This document shows, in pieces, positions 14,997-27,560 of a DNA stretch of 64,000 nucleotides (the stretch's first letter is position 1; every line of letters begins with the position of its first letter). Source of the stretch: Eledone cirrhosa (taxonomy: Eukaryota). The DNA lies in the NCBI GenBank assembly GCA_964016885.1, contig OZ024759.1:7378001-7442000 (forward strand), read 5' to 3'. The notes beneath the pieces are model-generated. The model did not search any database. It was not told where the DNA came from and saw only the letters and a list, made by a program, of their open reading frames with translations. The translations under genes and the position numbers were made by a program.

Positions 14997-15082
14997 TTAA
15001 TGTTTTGTATGTTTACTGTGGACCTGAGTGATGCATTGTGTTCTTGAGCAAGACACTTCATTTCACTGTATTTATATTAGCA

Positions 15083-16078
15083 ATCATCATCATCATCATC
15101 ATCATACGTCCGCTTTTCCCTGCTTGCAAGGGTGGGATGGGTCCTATTCAGCACAGCATCTCTCCACTTGTCACGGTCCTTCGTCATCTCCACTGTGAGT
15201 TTCAACGATCTGAGGTCTGTTCTCACCACCTCCGCCCATGTTTTTCGTGGTTTACCTCTACCACGTCTTCCTTCAACTGGCATTTCCTGGCACTTCTTCA
15301 CCCATTGGACATCCTCCATGTGCATCACATGTCCATACCACCTCAATCTCCTCTCTCGCACATTACATTCTATCCCTCTCAGACCCAATTTCTCTCTTCA
15401 CACATTCATGCTGGGTCATTCACACACATTGACATTGCACATCCAATGGAGCATACTTGCTTCATTTCTCTCCAGCCGTCACATATCCTCTGCAGTTGCT
15501 GCCCATGTCTCACTACCATGCAGCATCGTGCACCTCACACAGGCATCATATAACCGGCCTTTCGTACGCAGGGAGAAACCCTTCTTCGTCAGCAGAGGGA
15601 GCAGCTCCCTAAACTTCTTCTAACTCGTCCTTATTCTAGATATTATGGCCTCGGAACACCCCTTCCCATGATAATCTGATCACCTAGGTACCGGAAGCTA
15701 TCAGCCACTTCTATAGAACCCACCTACATTCGAAAAATGTGTCTATCAATGCAACTTCTACTGTCTAATTTCCCTGTACATCTACTGCATACATATTTCT
15801 CCCTACCTGTTAGTTTTCCTGCTATCCCACTACATCTCTTGTGTACCCAGGATCTGTATTGCGTACATTTTGTAGAATTTATGCCAGTTCCTTTTCTGCA
15901 TATCGAACATGGCCATTTCCCTGCTGGAATCGGAGTATTGTCCTCTCTTCTACTCATCAACACTTTAGTCTTAGTTAGGTTCACTCTCAGTCCTCTTGCT
16001 TCCAACTGCTGTTTCCATAGCCAGAATATATTCTCTAGCTCCTCTACTGATTCTGCTATAAGAACTAGATCTTCAATA
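15083..16078 (-). pseudogene. 5'-truncated RTE-type LINE (RT C-terminal part, PHD-like finger, tail)
   Basis: DLVLIAES...GLRVNLTKTKVL...WPCSICRKG...WVHKRC...RRLRWYGHV...GKPRKTW, then (GAT)n tail; stops and frameshifts. Confidence 0.92.
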
Positions 16079-16364
16079 TATATGGATGTGTGTGTTTGCA
16101 TGTGAGTGTGTGTATGCATTAACATAGCCCCACTCATGACTATATTAAAACTGTAGAAAAGTTAACGAATAATTTACTATATATAACGTGGTTAGGGTGT
16201 TGGACTAACAGTCATACGGCCATGTTTGATTCCTGGACCAGGCTGCATATTGTGTCCTTGAGCAAGAAACTTCATTTCACATTGCTTTTAATGATAAGGC
16301 TGGACCCTATGATTAAAACATCTGAGGAACCTCTTATAATTATGTGTTTATATATATCTATCTA

Positions 16365-17495
16365 GGGCGGGTAAAATTCCTGAGATCCATGGACGAGTTC
16401 TCTCCAGCGGTCTCTGTCCCTCATTATCGCTGCCATGTCCTGCGTCTTCAACAGACCAGTGTCTGTCCTTAGGGCATCAACATACGTTATACTTGGTCTT
16501 CCTCTTCCAGTGTGTCCACAGGAGCACTGAGTGCAATGTCAACTCTGGATGTCGGTGAGCATGTCCAGCTAACCTCAGTCTCCTCTGTGTCACTTTTGAG
16601 CTGACTTTTGGGAGAGTCCCATACAGCTCTGAGTTTTTCGTCCTCAGTGTATACTGATTAATGTTCAGAGCCATCCTCAGCATTCTCGTGTAGCACCCAT
16701 CCACCATCTGAGTGAGTTTCTTGGTCAGTGTCCAAGTCCCAGACCCGTACAGCAGCACAGACTCCACTACAGAGCCCTTCACCAGAGAGGAGCTTCAGAG
16801 AGCCAAGAAGAAGATCAAGGAGGGCAAGGTTCATGGAGAAGATGGAGTGGCATCAGAGGTGATGAAGAGGTGTGATTTTGATGATATCATTCTGGGGTTC
16901 TGTAACCAAGCACTGGAGAAAGGAGTTGTCCTGAATCAGTGGAGGATCGGTAACATCGTCCCAGTGCCAAAGAAGGGAGATCTCTCTAGCACCAACAACT
17001 ACAGGGGGATCTCACTGACGTCACTTGTGGCAAAGACCCTCAACAGGATGATTCTTAACAGGATCCAGCCTGAGATGGAGAAGAAGCTCAAGGACAACCA
17101 GAACGGCTTCAGAGAGGGAAGATCAACCACTAGTCACATCCTGATGCTGAGGAGGATATTAGGGGGAGCTAGAGCCTTCCTGCGGTCATGGTTTTCATTG
17201 ACTTTAGGAAGGCCTTTGATTCTGTGGACCATCACTTCCTAATGAAGATCTTACAGGCTTATGGAATCCCCAAGAAGATAGTGGACCTGATATCACTGCT
17301 CTACACCAACACCAAAGCCCAAGTCATTACACCTGATGGGATGACAGAGTTCTTTGAGATACTGGCTGGAGTGCTCCAGGGAGATACATTGGCTCCCTAC
17401 CTTTTTATCATCGTAGTGGACTATTGTATGCACCTTGCACTGGAGAAACACCAGGACTCTGGCTTTACTGTAGCACCGGCTCAGAGCAGGAGAGT
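16365..17495. pseudogene. Non-LTR retrotransposon with inverted 5' part (3' part on - strand 16365-16765; RT on + strand 16766-17495)
   Basis: + strand: PKKGDL..NYRGISL, QNGFREGRST, FIDFRKAFDSV, GVLQGDTLAPYLF. - strand: VESVLLYGSGTWTL..DGCYTRMLR..RRLRLAGH. Confidence 0.9.
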
Positions 17496-17521
17496 TTATA
17501 CACACACACACACACACTTAC

Positions 17522-17562
<41 letters not shown>

Positions 17563-17563
<1 letters not shown>

Positions 17564-17972
17564 TATCCGGGAAATGCCTCTCCAGTAACATTGTCTACAA
17601 ATGTAAGGTCGACACACACACGTCTAGTAGGCCTACTTAGAGTTAACCGCCAATAAATTTAAGCAGCGTCTTTACATTTATACCCATTCTTTTCTTAACC
17701 CTTGAAGAAGGAACATAACGTCACTTTCAGCTTATATCTGGAGTCTAAAAGACAACCACACCCAATATAGGTTACACTGGGAGATCCTAGCTAAAGCTAG
17801 ATCGTATAACAGAAATAAAAGACGATGTGATCTTTGCGTTGCTGAAGCCCTGGAAATACTCTACGCCAATGACCACATCTTAAACAAAAAATCTGAGGCA
17901 ATTTCGGCTTGGTAACATAAATTGCATAAAACTTTCCTGTATTACAGCCCCCCATTATACCCTAACGGATAG
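17563..17972 (+). pseudogene. Penelope-like element GIY-YIG endonuclease remnant
   Basis: Manual translation across one frameshift: LSGKCLSSNIVYKCKV..AYLELTANKFKQRLY..HSFLNP*RRNITSLSAYIWSLKDN..HWEILAKARSY..RCDLCVAE..ILNKKSE. This follows the PLE endonuclease pattern (C-L-x-N-I-VY...YIG...FK-R...LS-YIW-LK...C-LC--E...LN-RSE). Confidence 0.82.
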
Positions 17973-18899
17973 TACGATACGCGGATAATTTACGTACATA
18001 TACATGTACACACACGTATATATGTGTATTTCGTGTATACGCTCGTATGTGTGCGGGTATATATGTGTCGTGCCAGTTTACATACGTGTGCGCGTGTTTA
18101 TGTGTACGTGCATGGTGTGTGTTTTCGCGTATGCACGTGTATGTATGTATATGTACATATATAGATGCGTGTATGTATATATTTAATTATTGTGATTTTA
18201 ATAACCTCTGTCATTTTCGTTCTACACAGTGTGTGTGTATGTTTGTGTGTGTTTGTGTATATATATAAGTGTGTGAGTGTTCTTGTGTGTGTGTGTGTGT
18301 GTATATATATATGTGTGCCTGTGTGAGTGTGTGTAAACCACCGTTGGAATCGGAGACATAGGTCGCGAAACACGATCATCACTGACAACGAACTCGCAAA
18401 GAGAATCCCTTATGGTTGATTCCCAACCTAGAAATAGCAGTCAGGTTGGTTAGCATACGTGGTATGTCTTTCTTCTTTTGTGTTATAAAATTAGTATCAA
18501 TAAACTTTCCTGGATATACCCTTATCCCAATCCTGTACATACTTTCCGATTATCACTTTCCGTTTTTTTTGTGTGATACGTGAAGGAACCAACCAACAAA
18601 CATCTCTCTTTTATATTTCTTTTATTTGTTCATTCAAAATATTTTTCAACTAATTCTGTCGTACAATATACATCAGCAATCGTTATCTAATGTTTAAAAC
18701 ATATGAATAGCTGCGATATATGCACCATATCAATAAAAAACGATATGAGAATTGAATACCATACTAAAGCGCCAGTAAGCTTGCTAAGAACCTGCAGATA
18801 GAAATGTTAATAAATACAACATTTGGCTTGGGTAAACTTTAAGATGTTCTTTCATTGTAGGTTTCTTTTCTCCTTCCTCTCCTCTTCCTTAGCCTCACC

Positions 18900-19010
18900 C
18901 TAGAGCATCCTACATACAATTGACCATGGTTTTCCCAGATGAAGGCCAGCCACTTTTAAGGTTTGACCCTGAGCTTTGTTGATGGTAATCACAAAGCTTA
19001 GCCTCTCTGT
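18900..19010 (-). pseudogene. Helitron/PIF1 helicase C-terminal remnant
   Basis: RLSFVITINKAQGQTLKVAGLHL resembles PIF1 helicase motif SFAMTINKSQGQT. Confidence 0.75.
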
Positions 19011-19191
19011 TGCTCTAGTAACATTTTTTTCTTCTGGAAAATCTGATCTTGCAGCCAGGCTAGGACATTTTGGGTGGCATATCGGCAGTAACAATGACGA
19101 TAAGCCGTCTGTGCTTTCGTGAAATAAATAAATACGTTTGTTTATATTTTGTTTTTGTGTATGCAAAAATATCTGTACACGAATATATAAT

Positions 19192-19252
<61 letters not shown>

Positions 19253-19339
19253 CAGATTAAAGTTTAAGCAAAGAATTGCTGCTTTCACCCTTAATGGGAC
19301 CTTCTGAAACTAAAAAAAATCAATCTGTGAACACAGAAG

Positions 19340-19607
19340 TAAATATTTCGAAAAACGTTGCAACAGAAAAAAAACAGTGAAGACATTAGGAATGTTGTAT
19401 AACCGGAAGTGTTGACATTTGAAAATTTTAAGGAAGTGAATATTTAAATAATGTCTTTAATCTTTTAACAAAATTCAGTAGACGAAAATACTCTCACTTT
19501 CTTACTTGGAAAAAGTTACTTCTATGGTGCAAATTTGGTGCTGTTTGGTTCAGCCGTTTGGCAGAAAGTTTGTTACCTACATATGGCCGTCAGCTTTATA
19601 GTATAGA
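19340..19607 (-). mobile_element. Probable non-autonomous Helitron 5' fragment
   Basis: Minus strand begins A|TCTATACTATAAAGCTG. A related fragment lies at 35240-35290. Confidence 0.5.
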
Positions 19608-20701
19608 TTGTATTTTCTTGGTAAAAGCTTTACCTCACATAATATAGAATCTATGAGATTTTGATATTATTTATTCTGAGAACAGCACCTTAACATCTGT
19701 ACGAGTGGCCAGTTATGGCTGGTTTGAAAGAAAGAGGTGAGAGAATTCTGACCAGATATGGCCGGTTTAAATGCTAAAGGGTTAAACTAATGTTAAACTG
19801 TAGAACTGCCTAAAATTTCATGTTGGTGACACATTAAGTTTCCTTAGTGACACAAAATTAATTAAACTAATTAAAAATACAATACAACGGACATGTTAGA
19901 ATGTCTCAGGAAAGAATTTCTGGTGTCACTTCAGGTAAATCTGCTACTTCTCCGATACTATGGACATGTGGTCAGAATGTCCCAGGAAAGAATCACTGAA
20001 CAGATTTTACGGGCAAAACCAACCGCAGGAGACCCAGGGGGAACCCCGAGGCAGATGGTTGGATAACATCCATGAACTTTTATCCTATCACCAGCACAAC
20101 CACCTTACAGGATGAACTGGGTTCATATTTAACCACAAAAATGCCATCCTAATTTTATGTAAGAACTTTTGGCATCTGTCCATCATCAAAACTTCTGAGG
20201 TCAGGTCACATCAACTCTCCAATCTTTCTTAATCTTCCTCTTCTTTAGTTTTCACTTCATTTACCAAACCACCTGAAACCACACCTGGTTCTATGAAACA
20301 AAACTGTTTTAACCCTTTAGTATTGAAACCAGCTATATCCGGCCAGAATTCTCTCACCCCTTTCTGTTCAAGCCAGCTGTAAAATATTACTCATACTGAT
20401 GTTAAGGTACTGTTCTCAAAATAAACAATATCAAAATCTCATAGATTCAATATTATGTGAGATAAAGCCTTTACTGTGAAAATATAATAGTAAATATAGA
20501 GTAATGTAAGTGCTAAAGAGTTTGTGTTTATATTTATAAAAAAAAAACATTCCACCATAATTTTATGTAAGAACCTTTGTTAAGTTTTGTTCCAAACATC
20601 AGCTTAATAATGAGAAAGTTAGTTATGTTACTAAATCCTTTCAAATTCTTATGTTTAAAATTATTTGAAAACCATAGGTAGTGAGTGTCTTTTATTAGAA
20701 A

Positions 20702-21519
20702 CCATAAAACCCTGCATCAGCTCTAGGCACCCCTCTAAACATCACATTGACCTTGACTTTGCGGATGACATTGCACTTCTTGCAGATTGCCTAGAACATG
20801 TGCAGCGACTTTTGACATCTCTCCAGGAAGCAGCCGCTCTCATTAGCCTTCATCTTAACGAGGGTAAAACAGAATACATATCAAACTGTACAGGCAACAA
20901 CATCAAAGCAATCAATGGCAGTGATATTAAGCAAGTGGAGGATTTCAAGTATCTTGGGTCCCGGATCATGGAGTCTGGGAAGGATTTGGCCACTGGAAAG
21001 GCCCAAGCATGGTCAGCTTGCAACAGGATGGATCGAGCTTGGTGCTCAAATCTTTCCAACCACACCAAGATCAGACTCATCCAAGTAACAATTCAACCAA
21101 TCTTGCTACATGGAAATGAAACATGGACGCTTTCATCCAAACGACAAAAGCACCTTGATGGCACCTACACTCCCCTGCTTCAGCACATTCAGAACATAAG
21201 CTGGTGACATGTGACTTAGAGAGAGATATATGCCGGCCTCCCACGCATATCTGTCGGTGTACATAAGAGGAGAGTAAGATTTGCTGGCCACTGTCATCGT
21301 GTCACCTACGGGGCTGTGTCCCCATTAGTGCTTTAGAAACTACAAGTAGTCATTAATAACAAGAGGCGCAAGCTCTGCTACCCCGATGTCATCTCCAGAG
21401 ATTCTGGTATTGAAACCCAGGACTTGGCAATGGCAATGAACAACAGACTCACGTGGAGATCAATTGTTGAGTCCATTTTGGCTGAGACCGCCAGATGTTG
21501 GTGATGATGATAATGTTGA
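20702..21519 (+). pseudogene. 5'-truncated non-LTR retrotransposon inserted in a MITE
   Basis: DLDFADDIALL, DFKYLGS, LLHGNETWTL, LDGTYT; (GAT)n tail; flanking duplication TTATTAGAAA. Confidence 0.88.
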
Positions 21520-21830
21520 TTATTAGAAATATGGTAATGAAACACTTAAAGAGTTTATCATCATGATTTAACATCCACTTTCCCTGCTAGGTTTGGTCTA
21601 ATAGACCAAGTCTGGAGCAACTGCTGTCCCAGGAGAGGGAGGTCTGTATCCTGCTTACATATGGTCATATCAAATGCTGAGGAGAAGTCATGTCTTTTTA
21701 TACAAACTGAAGGGTTCTCGTAACCCCTTGTTTGGCAAGCTTTCTATGGCTGGATGCCTTTCCTAACATTAACCACTGTACAGCATGTACTGGGTGCTTT
21801 TATTGTGTAGATCACCAGCAATAGGGAGGG

Positions 21831-22845
21831 TGTGCTAGACACCACTGCTGAAAACAAAAGGTTTCTTCCTTCATACAAAAGGAAGGCTGTATGATGCCTG
21901 TGTGTGCTGCATGGTAGTGAAAGATGGGCTTTGACTGCAGAGGACATGTGGTGCTACATGGTAGTGAAAGATGGGCTTTGACTGCAGAGGACATGTGGTG
22001 CTACATGGTAGGGAAAGATGGGCTTTGACTGCAGAGGACATGTGGTGCTACATGGTAGTGAAAGATGGGCTTTGACTGCAGAGGACATGTGGTGCTACAT
22101 GGCAGGGAAAGATGAGCTTTGACTGCAGAGGACATGTGGTGCTACATGGTAGTGAAAGATGGGCTTTGACTGCAGAGGACATGTGGTGCTACATGGTAGT
22201 GAAAGATGGGCTTTGACTGCAGAGGACATGTGGTGCTACATGGTAGGGAAAGATGGGCTTTGACTGCAGAGGACATGTGATGCTACATGGTAGTGAAACA
22301 TGGGCTGTGATTGTAGAGGACATGTAGTGCTACATGGTAATGAAACATGGGCTGTGACTACAGAGGACATGGTAGTGAAACATGGGCTGTGACTGTAGAG
22401 GGCACGTAGTGCTACATGGTAGTGAAACATGGGCTGTGACTGTAGAGGACGTGTAGACTGAAGAGATATGAATAACCATGCTTTGTTGGATGTGCAATGT
22501 AAATGTGAGAGGAAGGCAGAGATTGGTTGAGCTGAGGAAGAAGCTGGGTTTAAGGGGAATCCGAGGTGGTGTGCAGGAGAGAAGACTGCATTGGTACGGA
22601 CATGTGATGTGCATGGACAATGACCGATGGGTGAAGAAATGCCAGGAAATCCCAGTGGAAGGAAGCTGCAGTAGAGGATGACTGAGGAAGGCTTGAGCAG
22701 AACTTGTGAGAGCTGACATCAAATCACTAAGACTGGCAGAGGAGATGATGAAGGAACGCGACTAGTGGAGATATGCCATGCTAAGGACCCGTCCAACCCA
22801 TGCAAGCATGGAAAAGTGGACGTAAAAATGATGATGATGATGATG
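21831..22845 (+). pseudogene. RTE 3' fragment containing a 47-bp tandem array (21905-22460)
   Basis: Array unit encodes the LHGSE-WA-TAED segment and continues into MLCWMCNV..RRLHWYGHV and a (GAT)n tail. Confidence 0.88.
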
Positions 22846-23453
22846 GTTATTCAATAATTGACTAATATTGACATCAGTCAGGTAGGACAGGTAGAGAGTG
22901 AAAGCTTTTCTTCATTTCCTTTGAAATTGATAAGAAATACTGGGAAATAAACTATAACGTACACACACACACGCACACACACACACACTCACTGACTCTC
23001 TCACTCTCTCACTCATATCTCACTCTCTACATGTAGAGAGATTGTAAAACAATATTTGAGGGAGGGTGAGTGAGAGTTTACATTGAAGTCAAGACAATTG
23101 AAGGTCTTAGTTATATATATGTACGACATGACAGATATGTGTGTGTTGTGTGATGTGACAGATATGTCATTACATATAAATATATATGTATGGTTGTCAT
23201 CATGTATGTGTGTGTATGGTTGTGTTATGATGTATGTGTGTATATGTGTGTGACTGCGTCATGACACACTAACATATATGTCCGACTGTGATGATATACA
23301 CACACACACATGTATATATATATATTACACACACACATGTATATATATATTACACCCACACACATATCTATATGTGTGTATAACTGCCCACAACAGGACA
23401 ACCAGTCTTACCCATGCTAGCATGGAAAAATTGACGTAAGACAGTGATGATTA

Positions 23454-23516
<63 letters not shown>

Positions 23517-23519
<3 letters not shown>

Positions 23520-23860
23520 GGCTTAGTGGTTAGAGCATTGAGCTTGCAATCGAAAGGTTGTGAGTGAGTTCAATTCTCGGACCGGGTAATGTGTTGTTTC
23601 CTTGAGCAAGACACTTTATTTCACATTGCTCCAGTTTACTCAGCTGTAAAAATGAGATAATAGGGACTGGGGTCCCTATCATTCCACTGTAAAGTGGTCG
23701 TGTAGGCGCCACGGAAAAAAAGCACCCAGCACTCACTGTAAATGAGGTTGGTGTTAGGAAGGGCATCCAGCTGTAGAAATCAAGCCAGAATCAGTTCCCG
23801 TCCCACCCTTGCAAGCAGGAAAAAGTGGACGTAAAATGAAATGATGATGAAATGATGATG
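23517..23860 (+). mobile_element. Composite SINE, family B
   Basis: Same modular structure as the copy at 31019-31360. Confidence 0.88.
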
Positions 23861-23884
23861 ACACACACATGATATACATATATA

Positions 23885-24660
23885 TCATTATCATCATCAT
23901 CATTTTACGTCCGCTTTTCCCTGCTTGCAATGGTGGGACAGGTCCTCTTCAGCACAGCATCTCTCCACTTGTCACGGTCCTTCGTCATCTCCTCGGTGAG
24001 TTTCAGCGATCTGAAGTCTTCTCTCACCACCTCCGCCCATGTTTTTTGTGGTCTACCTCTACCACGCCTTCCTTCAACTGGCATTTCCTGGCACTTCTTC
24101 ACCCAACAGTCATCCTCCATGCACATCACATGTCCATACCATCTCAGCCATCTCTCCTGCACACCACAACTTATCCCTCTTATACCCAGTTTCTTTCTCA
24201 ATTCATCTATGCTTGGTCGTTCACGCACATTGACATTGCACATCATACTTGCTTCATTTCTCTCCAGCCATCGCAATCCTCTGCAGTTGCTGCCCATGTC
24301 TCACTACTATGCAGTATCGTGCATCTCACACAGGCATCATATAACCGTCCTTTCGTATGCAGGGAGAAACCCTTCTTTGTCAACAGAGGAAGCAGCTCCC
24401 TAAAGCTCTTCCAACTCGTCCTCATTCTAGATACTATGGCCTCGGAACACCCCCCTCCCATGCTAATCTGATCACCTCGGTACTGGAAGCTATCAACCAC
24501 TTCTATAGAACCCGCCTGCATTGGAAACATGTCTATCACTGCGACTTCTACTATCAACTTTCCCTGTACATCTACCGCATACATAGTTTTCCCTACCTTT
24601 TAGTTTGCCTGCTATCCCACTACATCTCTTGTGTACCCAAGATCTGCATTGTGTGCATTT
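23885..24660 (-). pseudogene. 5'-truncated RTE-type LINE
   Basis: CTQCRSWVHKRC..VDSFQYRGD..LHSSETWA..RWLRWYGHV..GRPQKTW. Confidence 0.92.
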
Positions 24661-24751
24661 TATATATATATATAACGGCGATGAATTAGTTTTGCGAGGT
24701 TTTTGATATGAAATCGTGTGTCGAAACAAATATTGTTATACTTGGGGAGGG

Positions 24752-24807
<56 letters not shown>

Positions 24808-24849
24808 CTCCCAACATAGCTTAGTTGTCAGCGACCTCATGGTCTGTAT

Positions 24850-26385
24850 AACCACACGTATTGTTAACCAGGTAATACTAGAAGGTGTCATACCAAAAGA
24901 TTGGTGCAGTAGCATCATTGTCAACTGCTACAAAGGTAAAGGTGATGCACTAGATAGAGGAAACTATAGAGGTATAAAGCTGATGGACCAGGTCATGAAA
25001 GTAACAGAAAGAGTTATAGCACAGTTGATTAGGGACCGGGTGAAAATAGATGAGATGCAATTTGGGTTTGTACCAGGAAGAGGCACCACTGATGCCCTCT
25101 TCCTTGTGAGGCAGTTACAGGAAAAGTACCTAGCTAAAAGTAAGCCACTCTACCTGGCATTCGTCGATCTCGAGAAAGCCTTTGACAGAGTTCCACGTGC
25201 TGTGATCTGGTGGGCTCTTAGAAAACTTGGAGTAGATGAATGGCTTGTGAAAGTTGTACAAGCCATGTATAGGGGAGCAGTCAGCAAAGTTAGGATTAGC
25301 AATGAGTATAGCGAGGAATTTAGCGTACAGGTTGGTGTCCACCAGGGCTCTGTTCTTAGCCCTCTCCTGTTCATCATAGTCCTGCAGGCAATAACGGAGG
25401 AGTTTAAGACCGGATGCCCATGGGAACTCCTGTATGCTGATGACCTCGCACTTATAGCTGAATCTATGGTAGAACTAGAGAAGAAATTTCAAACTTGGAA
25501 GCAGGGACTAGAAAAAAAGGGTCTCAAAGTCAACATGACAAAGACTAAGGTCCTTGTAAGTAGACGAGAAAACAGAACCCAGATCTCCTCAGGGAAATGG
25601 CCTTGCTCAGTATGTAGGAAAGGTGTAGGTAGGAACTCCTTTCTCTGCCCCAAATGCAAACAATGGGTACACAAGAGATGTAGCGGGATCCCAGGAAGCT
25701 TAATTAAGAATGTAATAGTTGTGCTGGGACAGCAAGCAGCAAACAGCCACAGGAAACAAGTACCACCAATCTCTGGGAGGGCTCTGTAGAAACAGTAGAC
25801 AGCTTCTGCTACCTAGGTGACCGAATTAGCAGCGGAGGTGGGTGTTCAGAAAGTACAATAACTAGGGTAAGAACGGGATCGAAGAAGTTCAGGGAACTAC
25901 TGCCACTGCTAGCTGCAAAAAGCTTCTCCCTCAAAATGAAAGGCAGACTGTATGATGCGTGTATCCGAACAGCAATGTTACATGGTAGTGAGGCCTGGGC
26001 GCTGAAGGTGGAAGACTTACGTAGATTAGAAAGAAACGAAGCCTGCATGCTCCGATGGATGTGTAACAGTAATATACGCGAACGACAAAGCATAAATGAA
26101 TTGAGAGAGAGACTGAGCATAAGAGGAATCAAATGCTGTGTGCAAGAGAGGTGGTTGCGTTGGTATGGACATGTGATGTGTATGAAGGATGACAGCTGCA
26201 TAAAAAGGCGCAGGGCACTAGAAATCAATGGAAACTGCGGAGTGGGGAGACCTAAGAAGACCTGGGATGAGGTGATAAAAGCCGACCTTACCCAACTACA
26301 CCTCTCAAAGGCGATGACACACGACCGTGACCTCTGGCGTCACGCAGTAATACAGAGTACCCGACCTCCCATGGGTACAAGCTGA
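24850..26385 (+). pseudogene. 5'-truncated RTE-type LINE RT
   Basis: YKGKGDALDRGNYRGIKL, QFGFVPGRGTTDA, FVDLEKAFDRV, GVHQGSVLSPLLF, LLYADD; frameshift near 25720; tail GRPKKTW. Confidence 0.95.
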
Positions 26386-26637
26386 AGCATATAGACAATA
26401 TGCCCCCACACCCTCCCATTGCAAGGTGGTCGTGGAGGTGCCACGGCAAAAAAGCACCCAGCCCATACTGTAAAGTGGACGTGTAGGCGCCACGGAAAAA
26501 GCACCCAGCACTCACTGTAAATGAGGTTGGTGTTAGGAAGTGCATCCAGCTGTAGAAATCAAGCCAAAATCAGTTCCACACGATATCATCTACATGCAAT
26601 GCCAACGATTTATGTAACATCAGCATCTTTCTTAATG

Positions 26638-26706
<69 letters not shown>

Positions 26707-26799
26707 AAGGTTAAACAAGGTTCAATGAATATATCAAAGAATGAGTTTTACAATAGATTGGAAGCACTCAACAGAAAAAAAGGTTTTCTGGAGTTATTA

Positions 26800-27153
26800 A
26801 TATTAATTCAAAATATTAACAAAAATAGACATTCATGTGATCAAGTATATTTTATTATACGCATTTCAGAGGTACTGAGCTATCTTCAACAGTACGTCCT
26901 CATCAGATAAAATAAGATGATGAATGACATACCCTGACATAGTGGATGGTTAAGATTCAGTCATGGTAGTGAATATTAACCATCTACCATGACTGAATCT
27001 TAACCATCTACTATGTCAGGGTATGTCATGCATCATCTTATTTTATCTGATGAGGACGTACTGTTGAAGATAGCTGAGTACCTCCGAAATATGTATAATA
27101 AAATACACTTGATCACATGAATGTCTATTTTTGTTAATATTTTGAATTAATAT
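26800..27153. repeat. Inverted repeat, 170-bp arms, 14-nt loop (inverted Penelope pLTR-like)
   Basis: 26800-26969 is the reverse complement of 26984-27153 with few mismatches and no indels; the island is bounded by (TA)n. Confidence 0.95.
27039..27105 (+). ncRNA. Type I hammerhead ribozyme (sense to SMG7)
   Basis: Stem I TATTTTAT/ATAAAATA; CTGATGA at 27047; stem II GGA-c-GTACT...AGTAC-c-TCC; GAAA at 27086; short stem III; predicted AUA cleavage after 27097. Antisense twin at 26848-26914. Confidence 0.72.
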
Positions 27154-27244
27154 ATATATAAAAACTAAACAGAAATAACAACACAATCGGTGCAGTATAT
27201 GGAAGGAATATTTTAGGTTAACACTTGAAATAGTAGGAAGAGGG

Positions 27245-27280
27245 TCTTAACGTTTCGGATACTAGTCCTTCATCAGAAGA
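27245..27280 (-). ncRNA. Minimal type I hammerhead ribozyme (PLE type)
   Basis: Minus strand TCTT CTGATGA A GGA CTAGTA TCC GAAA CG TT AAGA: stem I TCTT/AAGA, stem II GGA/TCC, palindromic ACGT in place of stem III. Confidence 0.8.
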
Positions 27281-27385
27281 GTGTGAATATATATATTTAT
27301 ATGCCTACCGTTAAATGTCATCAATATTTCATCTTGTATTTCTTGTCAATTAATCCATTTATTTTTTCTCTCTTTTCTTTCATAG

Positions 27386-27417
27386 ACAAGCAGAAGCTTT
27401 GAAGGCAACTGTGGCTG
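27386..27417 (+). CDS. SMG7: SMG7 internal coding exon (32 nt), (R)QAEALKATVA(D)
   Basis: Polypyrimidine tract TTTTTTCTCTCTTTTCTTTCATAG acceptor and GTATGT donor. Peptide resembles the N-terminal RQAEVLKADMTD of vertebrate SMG7 (recalled). Its phase-1 end joins the 58569 exon in frame (G|AT = Asp). Confidence 0.88.
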
Positions 27418-27560
27418 GTATGTACCATATCAGTTATTATTATTATTATTATTATTATTGGAAGAATCAGTAGAGCGTCGAATAACATGCTTCGTGACAT
27501 AGAGTTATGGCCATTTACGTTCTAAGTTCAAATCCCGCCAAAGTTAGCTTTGCCTTTCAT

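Noticed and set aside
18345-18385. Hammerhead-like GAC-ATAG-GTCGC GAAACACGATC
   Set aside because: No CUGANGA or stem I upstream.
23885-26385. Twin-priming inversion between the two divergent RTE copies
   Set aside because: Both copies contain the same 3' region, differ in sequence and are separated by TA tracts, so they are separate insertions.
1-27385. First coding exon of SMG7
   Set aside because: No ATG-containing exon ending in a split Arg codon with a good donor was found by eye; it is probably upstream, though it could have been missed.
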